This document shows, piece by piece, positions 37,604 through 47,406 of a stretch of DNA of 56,769 nt. The position numbers and the translations under genes were made by a program. This stretch comes from Phenylobacterium sp. GTDB lineage: Bacteria > Pseudomonadota > Alphaproteobacteria > Caulobacterales > Caulobacteraceae. Position 1 is the stretch's first letter. Each line of letters begins with the position of its first letter. The notes under the pieces were generated by a model. That model searched no databases. It was given only the letters and a program-made list of their open reading frames with translations, and had not been told where the DNA came from. The stretch lies in NCBI RefSeq assembly GCF_030693805.1, contig NZ_JAUXZW010000179.1, forward strand, positions 1-56,769. The letters run 5' to 3'.

Positions 37604-38772
37604 CGGCCCTTCTCCTTGCCCAGGATGTTGTCGGAGATGATCCGCAACTGGATCTCCGAAGTGCCTTCGAAGATCTTGGTCAGGCGGGCGTCGCGCCAGT
37701 GCCGCGACACCGCAAACAGAGTCGTGTAGCCGGCGCCGCCCAGGATCTGCATCGCCTCGCTGGTCACCCGCTCGGCCATCTCGGTGGCGAATAGCTTGGC
37801 CATGCCGGCCTCCATGTCGCTGCGCACGCCCTGGTCCAGGGTCACGCACAGATGCTGGGTCAGGTGTCGGGCGGCGGCGATCTCGGTGGCCATCTGGGCG
37901 ATCTTGAAGCGGATCGCCTGGAACTCCGAGATCGGGCGCTCGAACTGGACGCGGGTCTGCGCATAGGCGGTCGCCTCGTCCAGCGCGGCTGACGCCAGGC
38001 CCAAAGCACGGGCGGCGGTGTGGGCGCGCGCAGACTCCAGCCATTTGCTGATGACGTAGAAGCCCTCGCCGCGCTTGCCGATCAGCGCGTCCTCAGGGAT
38101 GCGGCAACCGTCGAACGAAAGGTCCCAGGTCTTCCAGCCGAAGTAGCCGATCTTGGGGATCGGCGAGCCAGAGACGCCGTTCGGCAGCTCGCCGCGCGGT
38201 TTGTCGACCCGGAATGCGCTGAGGCCGCGGTGGCGCAGCGCCATGTCCGGCTCGGTGCGCGCCACCACCACCAGATAGTCGGCGCCGTCGGCGAAGGTGC
38301 ACCAGTACTTCTGGCCGGTGATGACCCATTCGTCGCCGTCCAGCACCGCCTTGCACTTGATGCCAGAGAGGTCCGAGCCGGTGTCGGGCTCCGACATCGC
38401 CAGCGCGCCCAGCAGCCGACCGCTCGCAACCTGAGGCAAGATCTCCTGTCGCTGCGCTTCGCTCATCAGGTGGGTGCCGGGCATGCTGTTGCCGCGGGCG
38501 AGCAGGCTGGCGACGCTCATCCAGCCGCGCGCCAGTTCCTCGGCGATCAGGCAGTACTCGAACACGCCCAGGCCAAGGCCGCCGTATTCCTCCGGGATCA
38601 GGATGCCGAAGTAGCCGGCCTCGGCGATCTTCTCGATCAGCTCGAGCGGAATGTCCCCCTGAATGGGGTCCAGCCGGTTGGCGATCGGCGTGACCTCGCG
38701 CTCGGTGAATGCGCGCGCGCTGGCGCGGATCATCCGCCGTTCCTCGGTCATGTACGGCTCGGTGAAGCTCAT
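37600..38772 (-). CDS. Acyl-CoA dehydrogenase
   Basis: PEEYGGLG, MSEPDTGSD, GQKYW, RVQF..FQAI, GGAGY and IFEGTSEIQ motifs. Confidence 0.95.
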   Translation of the reverse strand: MSFTEPYMTEERRMIRASARAFTEREVTPIANRLDPIQGDIPLELIEKIAEAGYFGILIPEEYGGLGLGVFEYCLIAEELARGWMSVASLLARGNSMPGTHLMSEAQRQEILPQVASGRLLGALAMSEPDTGSDLSGIKCKAVLDGDEWVITGQKYWCTFADGADYLVVVARTEPDMALRHRGLSAFRVDKPRGELPNGVSGSPIPKIGYFGWKTWDLSFDGCRIPEDALIGKRGEGFYVISKWLESARAHTAARALGLASAALDEATAYAQTRVQFERPISEFQAIRFKIAQMATEIAAARHLTQHLCVTLDQGVRSDMEAGMAKLFATEMAERVTSEAMQILGGAGYTTLFAVSRHWRDARLTKIFEGTSEIQLRIISDNILGKEKGR

Positions 38773-39320
38773 GCCGGCGCGGCGAGCGCCTTGTCGAGGG
38801 TCGCAGCGAGCTCGGCGTCGTCGGGGGTCACATCAGGCGAGAAGCGGGCCACCACGGCGCCGTCGCGGCCGACCACGAACTTCTCGAAGTTCCAGAGCAC
38901 CTCCCCGGGAGGGCCGGTCTCGATTCCGAAGCCCTCCAGCCGCTTGCGCATTCCAGCGTCGCGCTGGGTCACCGGGGCGGCCACGGTCAACGCCTTGTAC
39001 AGCGGGTGCTTGTCGGATCCGGCGACCGAGATCTTTTCGAACATGGGGAAGTCGACGCCGTAGGTGGTGCTGCAGAACTCGGCGATCTCGTTCTCCGTCC
39101 CCGGCTCCTGGTCGCGGAAGTTGTTGGCGGGAAACCCCAGCACTACGAGGCCTTCGTCGCGCTTGGCCGCATAGAGCGCCTGCAGCGCGCCGTACTGAGG
39201 GGACAGGCCGCACTTCGACGCGACGTTGACCACCAGCAGCACCTTGCCGGCGTGGTCGCCGAGCTTGGTGGGCGCGCCGTCGATGCTGGTCAGGGGGATG
39301 TCGTAGAGGCTCTCGGCCAT
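38769..39320 (-). CDS. Glutathione peroxidase family (Cys-type)
   Basis: VNVASKCGLSPQY, GFPANNF..QEPG and WNFEKF motifs. Confidence 0.95.
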   Translation of the reverse strand: MAESLYDIPLTSIDGAPTKLGDHAGKVLLVVNVASKCGLSPQYGALQALYAAKRDEGLVVLGFPANNFRDQEPGTENEIAEFCSTTYGVDFPMFEKISVAGSDKHPLYKALTVAAPVTQRDAGMRKRLEGFGIETGPPGEVLWNFEKFVVGRDGAVVARFSPDVTPDDAELAATLDKALAAPA

Positions 39321-39503
39321 CGGTCGGTCCTTCGAGGTGGGGACAAGCGTGCGGCCGAGGCGTTCGGCGCCGAGATATCATGCGACGGATCACACTGGGC
39401 TCGCAATCCACCGGCTCCCTGCCGAACGATGTTGTGCGTCGCAAAATCTTAGGGCGTGTCGCCTAGGCTGCCTTAGTCGCAAGTCCACCACGAGGCGCCA
39501 GCC

Positions 39504-40922
39504 GTGACGCAACCGCAAATCTCCGGCGAGCCGTACGATCTGATCGTGATCGGCAGCGGTCCGGCCGGGCGCCGCGCGGCGATCCAGGCCGCCAAGTTCA
39601 ACAAGCGGGTGCTGGTGGTGGAGCGCGGTCGCAGGGTCGGCGGCGTCTCGGTGCACACCGGCACCATCCCCAGCAAGACCCTGCGCGAGACGGTGCTCAA
39701 CCTGTCGGGCTGGCGCGAGCGCGGCTTCTATGGTCGCGCCTACCGGGCGCGCCAGAACATCAGCGCCGACGACCTGCGCAAACGCTTGCATATGACCCTC
39801 GATCACGAGGTCGAGGTGCTGGAGCATCAGTTCGCCCGCAACAATGTCGAGACCGTGCGCGGCGCCGCGCGCTTCGTCGGCCCGCACACCATCACCGTGA
39901 CGGGCGAAGGCGTCAGCGAGACCTACGCTGGGCGACGCTTCCTGATCGCGGTCGGCACACGGCCCTACCGGCCCGCGCACATCGGCTTCGACGGCGAGAG
40001 CATCCTCGACAGCGACGAGATCCTCGGCCTGCAGCGCATCCCCCGCCAGCTGGTGGTGGTCGGCGCCAGCGTCGTCGGCGTGGAGTACGCCAGCATCTTC
40101 AGCGCGCTGGACGTCAAGGTGACGATGGTCGAGCCCAATCCGAACCTCCTGCCGTTCCTGGATCGGGAGCTGGCCGAGGAGTTCGTCCACGACCTGCGCG
40201 ACCGCGGCGTGGTCATGCGGCTGGGCTGCAAGGTCGTCTCGGCGGTGGCCGACGGCCCGCAGAACTGCCTGGTGGCGCTGGACGACGGGCGCGAGCTACG
40301 CGCCGACATGGTGCTGTTCTCGGCGGGCCGCGAGGGCGCTGTGGGCGATCTCGGCCTCGAGGCCTGCGGACTTGAATGCGACGCCCGCGGCCGGCTGGTC
40401 GCCGACAAGGCGACGTTCCAGACTGATGTCCCGCACATCTACGCGGCCGGCGACATCGTCGGCTTCCCGAGCCTCGCTTCGACCTCCATGGAGCAGGGCC
40501 GCATCGCCGCCTGCCACGCGTTCGGCGAGCCGGCCCACGCCCCGCCGGAGTTCTTCCCCTATGGCATCTATTCGGTGCCGGAGATCTCTACCGTCGGCAT
40601 GACCGAGGAACAGGTGCGCGCCGAGGCGATCTCCTACGAGTGCGGCGTGGCGCGGTTCCGCGAGACCTCGCGCGGGCACATCATGGGCATCTCCACCGGC
40701 TTCATGAAGATGATCTTCGCCCGCGACACCCGCCGGCTGCTGGGCGTCCACATCGTCGGCGAAGGCGCGACCGAGCTGATCCACATCGGCCAGGCGGTGG
40801 TGAACCTGAACGGCGGGCTCGACTACTTCGTGGAGAACACCTTCAACTATCCGACGCTGGCCGAGGCCTACAAGGTGGCCGCACTGGACGCCTGGAACCG
40901 TATGCCGCGCGCGGCGGCGTAG
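39504..40922 (+). CDS. sthA: Soluble (Si-specific) pyridine nucleotide transhydrogenase
   Basis: GSGPAG, HTGTIPSKTLRE, GFPSLASTSMEQGR, ATELIHIGQ and FNYPTLAEAYKVAA motifs. Confidence 0.95.
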   Translation: MTQPQISGEPYDLIVIGSGPAGRRAAIQAAKFNKRVLVVERGRRVGGVSVHTGTIPSKTLRETVLNLSGWRERGFYGRAYRARQNISADDLRKRLHMTLDHEVEVLEHQFARNNVETVRGAARFVGPHTITVTGEGVSETYAGRRFLIAVGTRPYRPAHIGFDGESILDSDEILGLQRIPRQLVVVGASVVGVEYASIFSALDVKVTMVEPNPNLLPFLDRELAEEFVHDLRDRGVVMRLGCKVVSAVADGPQNCLVALDDGRELRADMVLFSAGREGAVGDLGLEACGLECDARGRLVADKATFQTDVPHIYAAGDIVGFPSLASTSMEQGRIAACHAFGEPAHAPPEFFPYGIYSVPEISTVGMTEEQVRAEAISYECGVARFRETSRGHIMGISTGFMKMIFARDTRRLLGVHIVGEGATELIHIGQAVVNLNGGLDYFVENTFNYPTLAEAYKVAALDAWNRMPRAAA

Positions 40923-40928
40923 GCGAGC

Positions 40929-42104
40929 TTAGTCCTCGATTTTCTCGTATCGCGAGGGCTCGCTCTCGCCCTTGCGGATGGCGCCGCGCATGTCTGGCTT
41001 GCCGTCTCCGTCAGTGTCCAGCAGGGCGTAGTCCAGCTTCCCGTCGCCGTTCTCATCGACGACAACCTTGTCGACCTTGCCGTCGGCGTCGGTGTCGAAC
41101 AGCGCCATCATCGGATCGCGCTTGTTGTCGGGCAGCAGGAAGACGAAGTCACTGTCGCCGTCGCAGTCCTGGTCGACCAGCTCCTTGACTCCCGCGGGGT
41201 CGGTGGTCCGCTCGCTGAGCAGGACGGTCATCTTGCAGTTCGGATCCACGGCGACCGGCGCAGACAGCCGATCGCTCGTCCGCGTCAGGAAGACCTTCAC
41301 GTCGTCGCCCGACACCGCGAAGTTCAGGCCCTCGCCGTCGCTGACGAAGCTGTTGATGCCGATGATCTCCAGCTTGTCGTCCAGCAGCGGTCCGCCGGAG
41401 TTGCCAGGATTGATCGGCGTCTGGGTCTGGATCAGCGTCGCCCGGTGTTCGATCTTGTCCTCGACTGACCAGGTCTCGTCCTTGCGGATCTGGCTGACGA
41501 TGCCGCGGGTGTAGGTCCAGGTCTGGCCCGTCGGGTGGCCGATGGCGTGGACGTCGGAGCCGATCTGGACGTCGGCCGCGCCGCCGACCACCAGCGGCTT
41601 CACGCCGGCCGGCACTTCGGCGACCTTCAGCAGGGCCAAGTCGGTGACCGCGTCGCGGCGGATCACCTTGGCGGTTCGCACGTCGGCGTCGCCGACCTTG
41701 TCGCCCTCGGTCTTGGGCTTGAAGATCACGCCGACCTCCTCCGCATCGCCCACCACATGCAGGTTGGTGATGATCTTGCCGTCGGCGCTGATCAACGCGC
41801 CGGAGCCCAGCGACTCGTCGGTGATCACCAGGACCACGGAAGGGGACGCCTCCTGATAGACGCGCACCTCCGCGCCCCCGCGCGTGGTGGAGCGCGCATC
41901 CGGCTGCAGTCTCGCCAGCGTCGCGCCCAGGCGTGCGGCGGAAGGCCCGCGTCGGATGCGCGGCAGGGTGGTGTTCCCAGACTTCGCCGCCCCCTCGACC
42001 GAGGGCGGCGCGGCGCCCAGCCAAGCTTCCGGCGACGCCGCCGATGCGTATGATGGTGAAGCTATCAAAACCAACACCGCCGCTGTGCGCTGGAGCCGCC
42101 CCAT
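40929..42104 (-). CDS. Secreted trypsin-like serine protease with C-terminal DxDxDG repeats
   Basis: Signal peptide, catalytic triad ITNLHVV / DLALL / NPGNSGGP, and no PDZ domain. The tail has DQDCDGD, DTDADGK, DENGDGK and DTDGDGK. GAGGA SD. Confidence 0.9.
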   Translation of the reverse strand: MGRLQRTAAVLVLIASPSYASAASPEAWLGAAPPSVEGAAKSGNTTLPRIRRGPSAARLGATLARLQPDARSTTRGGAEVRVYQEASPSVVLVITDESLGSGALISADGKIITNLHVVGDAEEVGVIFKPKTEGDKVGDADVRTAKVIRRDAVTDLALLKVAEVPAGVKPLVVGGAADVQIGSDVHAIGHPTGQTWTYTRGIVSQIRKDETWSVEDKIEHRATLIQTQTPINPGNSGGPLLDDKLEIIGINSFVSDGEGLNFAVSGDDVKVFLTRTSDRLSAPVAVDPNCKMTVLLSERTTDPAGVKELVDQDCDGDSDFVFLLPDNKRDPMMALFDTDADGKVDKVVVDENGDGKLDYALLDTDGDGKPDMRGAIRKGESEPSRYEKIED

Positions 42105-45100
42105 GGCTTTTCGTCCTCGAAAAGTGTCCCTACGGCCAAGCCTAGCGGCCTTCGCCCTGGCCGCAAGTCTGGTTCTGCCTGGGGTTGCATTGGCGCAGGA
42201 CGCGATGGCGTCTCCCTGGGCGCTGTACTTCCAGGGCAAGGGTCAGGCGGCGCGTTCGATGCTGGAGGCGCGCATCGCCGTTCCGGGGCGCGAATCGAAA
42301 CGTCAGCTCGACGACATCGGCGCCCTTCTGGACATCTGCATCCAGAGCTTCGCCTTGGACTGCGTGCAGGACTACGCGCCGAAATACGCCCAAGCCACGA
42401 CCACCGCGGTCACCGGCAATGCGATCCAGCAGCGCGAAGGCCTGCGCTACGCCGACTACTATCTGAGCTATGCGCGGTTCTCCGGCGGCTCGCCCGCGGT
42501 CGTCGCGAAGATTCTCGACGGCGGCGCCTGGTCGCACGAGAACGCGTCCAACGCCGACCTCTACATCCGCCGCCAGCTGCTGGCCGCCGACATCCTGATC
42601 TCCCAGGGCAGGCCGCTGGAGGCCGGGCGTCGCCTCGACAAGGTCCTGTCGCTCACCGCGTCTCTGACCAATCCGCAAGCGGACCCCTTCGTCGTCGCCC
42701 GCGCGCTCTCCGAGAGCATCGCTCGGCTGCTGGCGATCGGCGACGTCGACCGGGCCTATGGGATCCACGCGGCGACCCGCGAGATGATCACCCGGTCTCT
42801 GCCGCCGCTGAGCGTGGAGGCCGCGCGCTTCAAGCTGATCGAAGCCCAGTTGCTGGAGCAGCGCGGAGACCTGCAAGCCGCCGGTCGCGCCGCGGACGCG
42901 GCGTTCGTGACGCTCGGGCGGATCGAACTCGACCCACGCGCGCGCGATGACATGCTCAGCGACGCAACGGTCCTGGTCGCCGTCGCCTGCGCCGCCCGCC
43001 GGCAAGGAGAATGCGCCCACAGGGCGCTGGCCGCCCACCCCTCCGCAGCGTTTTACGCTCGGCCCGGACGTGCGCCGGCGAACCTGCATGAGGTGGTCTA
43101 TCTCGCCGCGCGTGCGCTGGCTGCGGCGGTCGATGGCACGGACGATCCGGTCGCCGCCCAGGCGCTGAACGCGCCCATAGCCTTCGCCATGGATCCCGGC
43201 GCGCGCCGCCGGCTGGAGGTGTATCGGGTGGCCGGCGCCGCCCTCGCCTCACCCGCCGGACGCGCGCGGCAGGATGGGATGGTCGAGGCCGGACGGCTGA
43301 TGGTCGAGGTCGCCAGGCAGGCGCCGCCTGCGCCCTTCGGCGCCTGGCGTCACCTCAACGCCATCGACGACCTGTTGATCGGAATGTCCCTGGCCGAGGT
43401 TGAGCGCCTTGACCCCGAGGTCGCCTTCGCCCTGCTGCAACTTCAGGGACGACGCGGCGCGTCCGTCGACGCCGACGCGCTCACCGTCCTCGGCCAGGCG
43501 AAGAACGAGCTGCAGAGGCGGTCGATCCACCAGGCGCTGCGCCTGCGCGCCCGGCGCGATCGACTGGAGCGGGCGGAGTTGCAGCGCGTTGCGAGCCTGG
43601 TCGCGCCCGCCGCAGCCACCGGCGCGTGGCTGACCCGGGACATCCCCAAGCGCGCCCTGTTCCGTGACTTCAGCGACCGCATCGACCAGGCGGCCGCCGA
43701 GCTGTCCAAGCAGGGGATCGCCACATCCGGGACCAACCTGGCGCCGCTGAAGCGCTTTCAGGCGACGCTCAGGCCGGATGAAGCGGCGCTGGTGTTGGCG
43801 CCGACGCTCGGCGGCGCGGCCTACATGTGCATCCGCCGCAACACGATCATGCGCCGCACCATGGCGACCGACGCGCAGAAGATCGCCCTCGACGCCCGCC
43901 TTGTGCAGGCCGCGTTGACTGCGGACCACGCCCCGTCCGAGGCGCTGGACGCTCAGTTCCCGGTCGAGGCGTCGCGGCGCCTGTACGATGCGTTGATCCG
44001 CCCCTTCGACGGATGCCTGCGCGCCGGCGACCGCATCCTGTGGCTGCCGCACGCTTCTCTGACCTCGTTGCCGCTGTCGGTGCTGCTGGAGCACGCGCCG
44101 CCGAAGATCGCTGGCGGCTACGACCTCGCCGCCGCGCCGTGGCTGGTGCGCGACCACGCGGTGACCTTCGCCGGTTCGGCCAGCGCGGTGATCGCGGCGC
44201 GCACCCAGGCGCTCCGTCCCGGCGCCGGGATGGAGTTCCTGGGCGTCGGCGACCCGCTGCTTACCGGCGTCACGGCCAGCGGCGAGAACCGCGCCGGCGT
44301 GGTCGCTCGCGGCGCGCGGAGCGGCCCAGGCCTTGCCGCGCTCGCGCCTTTGCCGGAGACCCGCGACGAGCTCGAGCGCTCGGCGAAGGGCTTTCGAGAC
44401 CCCAGGCTGCTGCTGGGCGACGCCGCGACCGAGGGCGGCGTGCGCGGGCAGCTGATTGGATCCTACCGATACCTGTCGTTCGCCACCCACGGCCTGTTGC
44501 GCGATGAGCTGCCCGGCCTGCCCGAGCCCGCGCTGGCGCTGACGCCGGTTTCGGCCAGCGACGCGCTCGACGACGGCCTGCTGACCGCCTCGGAAATCGC
44601 CGACCTGAACCTGGCCGCGCGCTTCGTGGCGCTCTCAGCCTGCAACACCGCCAACTTCGACCTGTCGCTAATGGCCGCCGAGTTGCCGGCGCTGGCCACG
44701 GCCTTCGCCATCGCCGGCGTCCCGTCCACCCTGGCGACCCTGTGGCCCGTCGACTCCGAGACCAGCAAGCAGGTGGTCGCCGCAGTGTTCGCGCGCTTGC
44801 AGGCGGCGCCCGACCAGGACCCCGCCGTGGCGTTGGTCATGGCCCAACGCGCGTTCCTCGCCAATCCACCGGGCAAGGCTTGGCTGCATCCGCGGTTCTG
44901 GGCGCCGTTCATCGTGCTTGGCGATTCCGGCGCGGAACATGTGGCCCCGGCGGGCCGCACCTCGGTCGAGGTGCTGTCCCGAGGCGGCGGAGAGGTGACG
45001 GCGCTGGCCCGCGCCGGCGACCGGCTGGCCGTGCGCTTCATGACCGCACCGACGGCGAAAGCGCGGGGCTCGGCGACCCGGATGGTCGAGGATTCGGGCG

Positions 45101-46119
45101 CCCAGATCTGGCGGCAAGACGTCGCCGACGTCCAGGCCGCGCGGTTCCTGACGCAGCTCGGATCGATCGTACTGGCGGGCGGCCAGACGCTTGGCGCCGA
45201 GGGACGCTACGTCCCCATCGTCGAGCGACTAGACGCGGGTTCGGGCCGGGTGAGGGAACGCTGGAGTGGAGACGCGCCGGCAGGAATGGACACACGCTTG
45301 GCGGTGGGAACCCGGCTGAGCCAGGATCGCGCCCTGTTCGCCGTGGTGGACCTGAACCTCCGTGGCGACCCGGTGGCGACGGGCCCGAAGCTGCGGGTGT
45401 TCGCCATCGCGGGCGAAGGCGCCCCACGCCCGTTGTTCGCTGTCGCACCGCAGGCGGCGAGTCTCGATCAGGTCACCTTGACGCCGGTGAAGGCCGGTTT
45501 GCTGGTCACCTACACGGAGCGCTTCCCGCGCGGCGAACCACCGCCATCCGCAGGCGAGGACGACTTCGATTCCCCGATCTGCCTGACCCCGCCGATCACC
45601 TGGGTGGAGTTGCGCGACCCGGCCAACGGCGCCTTGCTGGCCTCGAAGGTCATGCCCGGCTGGGTGGTGGCCGCCGTTACGCCGCGGGCCGGCGGCGCGC
45701 TGCTGGGCGGATCGTTCACGGCGTCCTGCACGACCGAGGCCCAGGCCGCCATCGCGACGCTCGACGCGGCCATGTCTGTCGAGACGATGTTTCAGGACAT
45801 CTCGATGGGGTCGTCGGAGGTCCGCGCCATGGGAACGACGCCGGGCGGAGCGGTCGTGGTCGCCGCCAACAAGCACAGCGTCGTCGACTTCCAACGCCGC
45901 GACGTCAGCAACGGCTGGGACCTGATGAAGGATGCGCAGATGAGCGTCAGCGGCATGGTCTTCATCCTGTCGCCACAGGGTCATGCGTCCGCGCCGGTCA
46001 TGCTGGATGCGGGATCGCACGTGTTCGTCGAGGCGACGGACACGGCGCGGCCAGGCGAGGCGACAATCGGGGGCGTGCTGGCGGGCGAGGCGGCGATCTT
46101 CCGCCTGACGCTGCCCTGA
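42103..46119 (+). CDS. Secreted CHAT-domain (caspase-like) protease with N-terminal helical region and C-terminal beta-rich region
   Basis: Signal peptide ending ALA-QD. CHAT motifs LYDALI.P, GVGDP, LPET..E, FATHG, LSACNT, TLWPV and HPRFWAPF..LGD. GGAG lies 8 nt before ATG 42103. Confidence 0.88.
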   Translation: MAFRPRKVSLRPSLAAFALAASLVLPGVALAQDAMASPWALYFQGKGQAARSMLEARIAVPGRESKRQLDDIGALLDICIQSFALDCVQDYAPKYAQATTTAVTGNAIQQREGLRYADYYLSYARFSGGSPAVVAKILDGGAWSHENASNADLYIRRQLLAADILISQGRPLEAGRRLDKVLSLTASLTNPQADPFVVARALSESIARLLAIGDVDRAYGIHAATREMITRSLPPLSVEAARFKLIEAQLLEQRGDLQAAGRAADAAFVTLGRIELDPRARDDMLSDATVLVAVACAARRQGECAHRALAAHPSAAFYARPGRAPANLHEVVYLAARALAAAVDGTDDPVAAQALNAPIAFAMDPGARRRLEVYRVAGAALASPAGRARQDGMVEAGRLMVEVARQAPPAPFGAWRHLNAIDDLLIGMSLAEVERLDPEVAFALLQLQGRRGASVDADALTVLGQAKNELQRRSIHQALRLRARRDRLERAELQRVASLVAPAAATGAWLTRDIPKRALFRDFSDRIDQAAAELSKQGIATSGTNLAPLKRFQATLRPDEAALVLAPTLGGAAYMCIRRNTIMRRTMATDAQKIALDARLVQAALTADHAPSEALDAQFPVEASRRLYDALIRPFDGCLRAGDRILWLPHASLTSLPLSVLLEHAPPKIAGGYDLAAAPWLVRDHAVTFAGSASAVIAARTQALRPGAGMEFLGVGDPLLTGVTASGENRAGVVARGARSGPGLAALAPLPETRDELERSAKGFRDPRLLLGDAATEGGVRGQLIGSYRYLSFATHGLLRDELPGLPEPALALTPVSASDALDDGLLTASEIADLNLAARFVALSACNTANFDLSLMAAELPALATAFAIAGVPSTLATLWPVDSETSKQVVAAVFARLQAAPDQDPAVALVMAQRAFLANPPGKAWLHPRFWAPFIVLGDSGAEHVAPAGRTSVEVLSRGGGEVTALARAGDRLAVRFMTAPTAKARGSATRMVEDSGAQIWRQDVADVQAARFLTQLGSIVLAGGQTLGAEGRYVPIVERLDAGSGRVRERWSGDAPAGMDTRLAVGTRLSQDRALFAVVDLNLRGDPVATGPKLRVFAIAGEGAPRPLFAVAPQAASLDQVTLTPVKAGLLVTYTERFPRGEPPPSAGEDDFDSPICLTPPITWVELRDPANGALLASKVMPGWVVAAVTPRAGGALLGGSFTASCTTEAQAAIATLDAAMSVETMFQDISMGSSEVRAMGTTPGGAVVVAANKHSVVDFQRRDVSNGWDLMKDAQMSVSGMVFILSPQGHASAPVMLDAGSHVFVEATDTARPGEATIGGVLAGEAAIFRLTLP
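42107..42124. promoter_or_regulatory. Inverted repeat next to the shared start codons; the loop holds the protease SD
   Basis: CTTTTCG-TCCT-CGAAAAG. The minus strand reads cttttcg-AGGA-cgaaaag-cc-ATG. Confidence 0.5.
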
Positions 46120-46125
46120 TCGGCT

Positions 46126-47406
46126 TCAGTCGAGACCGAAGGCGCGCGCTGTCGCGTAGATCGCCAGGCCGACAAGACCGCCCACGAGAGTGCCGTTGAC
46201 ACGGATGTACTGCAGGTCCTTGCCGACCTGCAGCTCCAGCTTGTCGACGATGCTGCGGGCGTCCCAGCTCGCCACCACCTGGGCCACGAACATGCCGATC
46301 TCGCGGCGACGGGGCGCGATGCCACGACGCACCAGCAGTCGCGCCCACTCGTTCAGCCGCGCCTGGGCCGCCAGGTCGCCGGCCAGCCACGCGCCCAGCG
46401 CCAGAAGGGCGCGCTCCAGCCGGTCGGCGACGCCGCGCGCGTCGGCGGCCAGCTCTTCGGCGAGCTTCCCTTCAAGCCCTGTCCACAGCTCGTCGGCCTG
46501 GGCTCGCAGGCCTGGGTCGGCCAGCATCCGCATCTTGAACGCTTCGGCGCGGGCCTGCAGTTCGGGATCGGACGCCAGGCGCGCGATGTAGCGCTCGATG
46601 ATGTCGCGCAGCTCCAGGCGCCAAGGGTGATCGGGGTCGTGCATCTCCTGCAGCATCTGCAGCAGGCCGTCGGTGACCTTGTCGGCGATCATCCGGTCCA
46701 CCCACTTGGGCAGCCACCGATACGAGTGCTGGGAAACCTTGGCGCGGATCGTCTCCTGATGTTCGGCCAGGTAACCGCCGAGGCGCTCGATGCCCAGGTC
46801 CAGCATCACCTGGGCGCGACCATCGTTCCATATCGCCGCCAGCGCCCGCGACGCCAGCGGTCCGGCAGGCGTGGTGCGGGCCGCAGCAAACGCAGCGGAA
46901 CTTGCGACCTCTCGCAAAGCCCCCGGCGGCAAGGCCGCGATCACCTGCGGCAGGATCGCCGCCAGCCGGCGGGCCAGGCGTCGGGCGTTGGCGGGTCGAG
47001 CCAGCCAGTCGCCGCCCCAGCGGGCGACCTCGAGCTGGCGCAGCTTCTCCTCCAGCACCCGCTCGGTGAGAAAGTTGTCGGCGATGAACCCGCCCAGGGC
47101 CTCGCCGATGCGGGCCTTGTTGCGCGGGATGATGCCGGTGTGCGGGATCGGCAGGCCGAACGGGCGGCGGAACAGGGCGGTCACCGCGAACCAGTCGGCG
47201 CAGGCGCCGACCATGCCGGCTTCGGCGAAGGCGCGCACATAGCCCAGCGCCGGGGCCAGGTGTGGCCAGCGCACGCGCGCCAGGCTGGCGGCGACGAACA
47301 CCACGGCCATCAAGCCCAGCAGGCCCGTGGCGACGGCGCGCATGCGGGCGAAGTCCCGCGCTCGCCTGGCGTCCGCCTCGGACACCACGTCGGGTTCTTG
47401 GGTCAA
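46126..47406 (-). CDS. DUF445 family membrane protein
   Basis: AEAGMVGACADWFAVTALFRRP..IPHT and VGKDLQYIRVNGTLVGG motifs. TTG start overlaps the tesA stop. Confidence 0.9.
   Translation of the reverse strand: MTQEPDVVSEADARRARDFARMRAVATGLLGLMAVVFVAASLARVRWPHLAPALGYVRAFAEAGMVGACADWFAVTALFRRPFGLPIPHTGIIPRNKARIGEALGGFIADNFLTERVLEEKLRQLEVARWGGDWLARPANARRLARRLAAILPQVIAALPPGALREVASSAAFAAARTTPAGPLASRALAAIWNDGRAQVMLDLGIERLGGYLAEHQETIRAKVSQHSYRWLPKWVDRMIADKVTDGLLQMLQEMHDPDHPWRLELRDIIERYIARLASDPELQARAEAFKMRMLADPGLRAQADELWTGLEGKLAEELAADARGVADRLERALLALGAWLAGDLAAQARLNEWARLLVRRGIAPRRREIGMFVAQVVASWDARSIVDKLELQVGKDLQYIRVNGTLVGGLVGLAIYATARAFGLD

Noticed and set aside
38769-39320. Selenocysteine-containing glutathione peroxidase
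   Set aside because: The active-site codon is TGC (Cys) and there is no in-frame TGA.
42103-46119. CHAT protein as a type III-E CRISPR-associated (Craspase-type) or two-partner-secretion component
   Set aside because: There are no cas genes, array, ShlB/FhaC or haemagglutinin genes in the window, and the signal peptide argues against a cytoplasmic CRISPR role.
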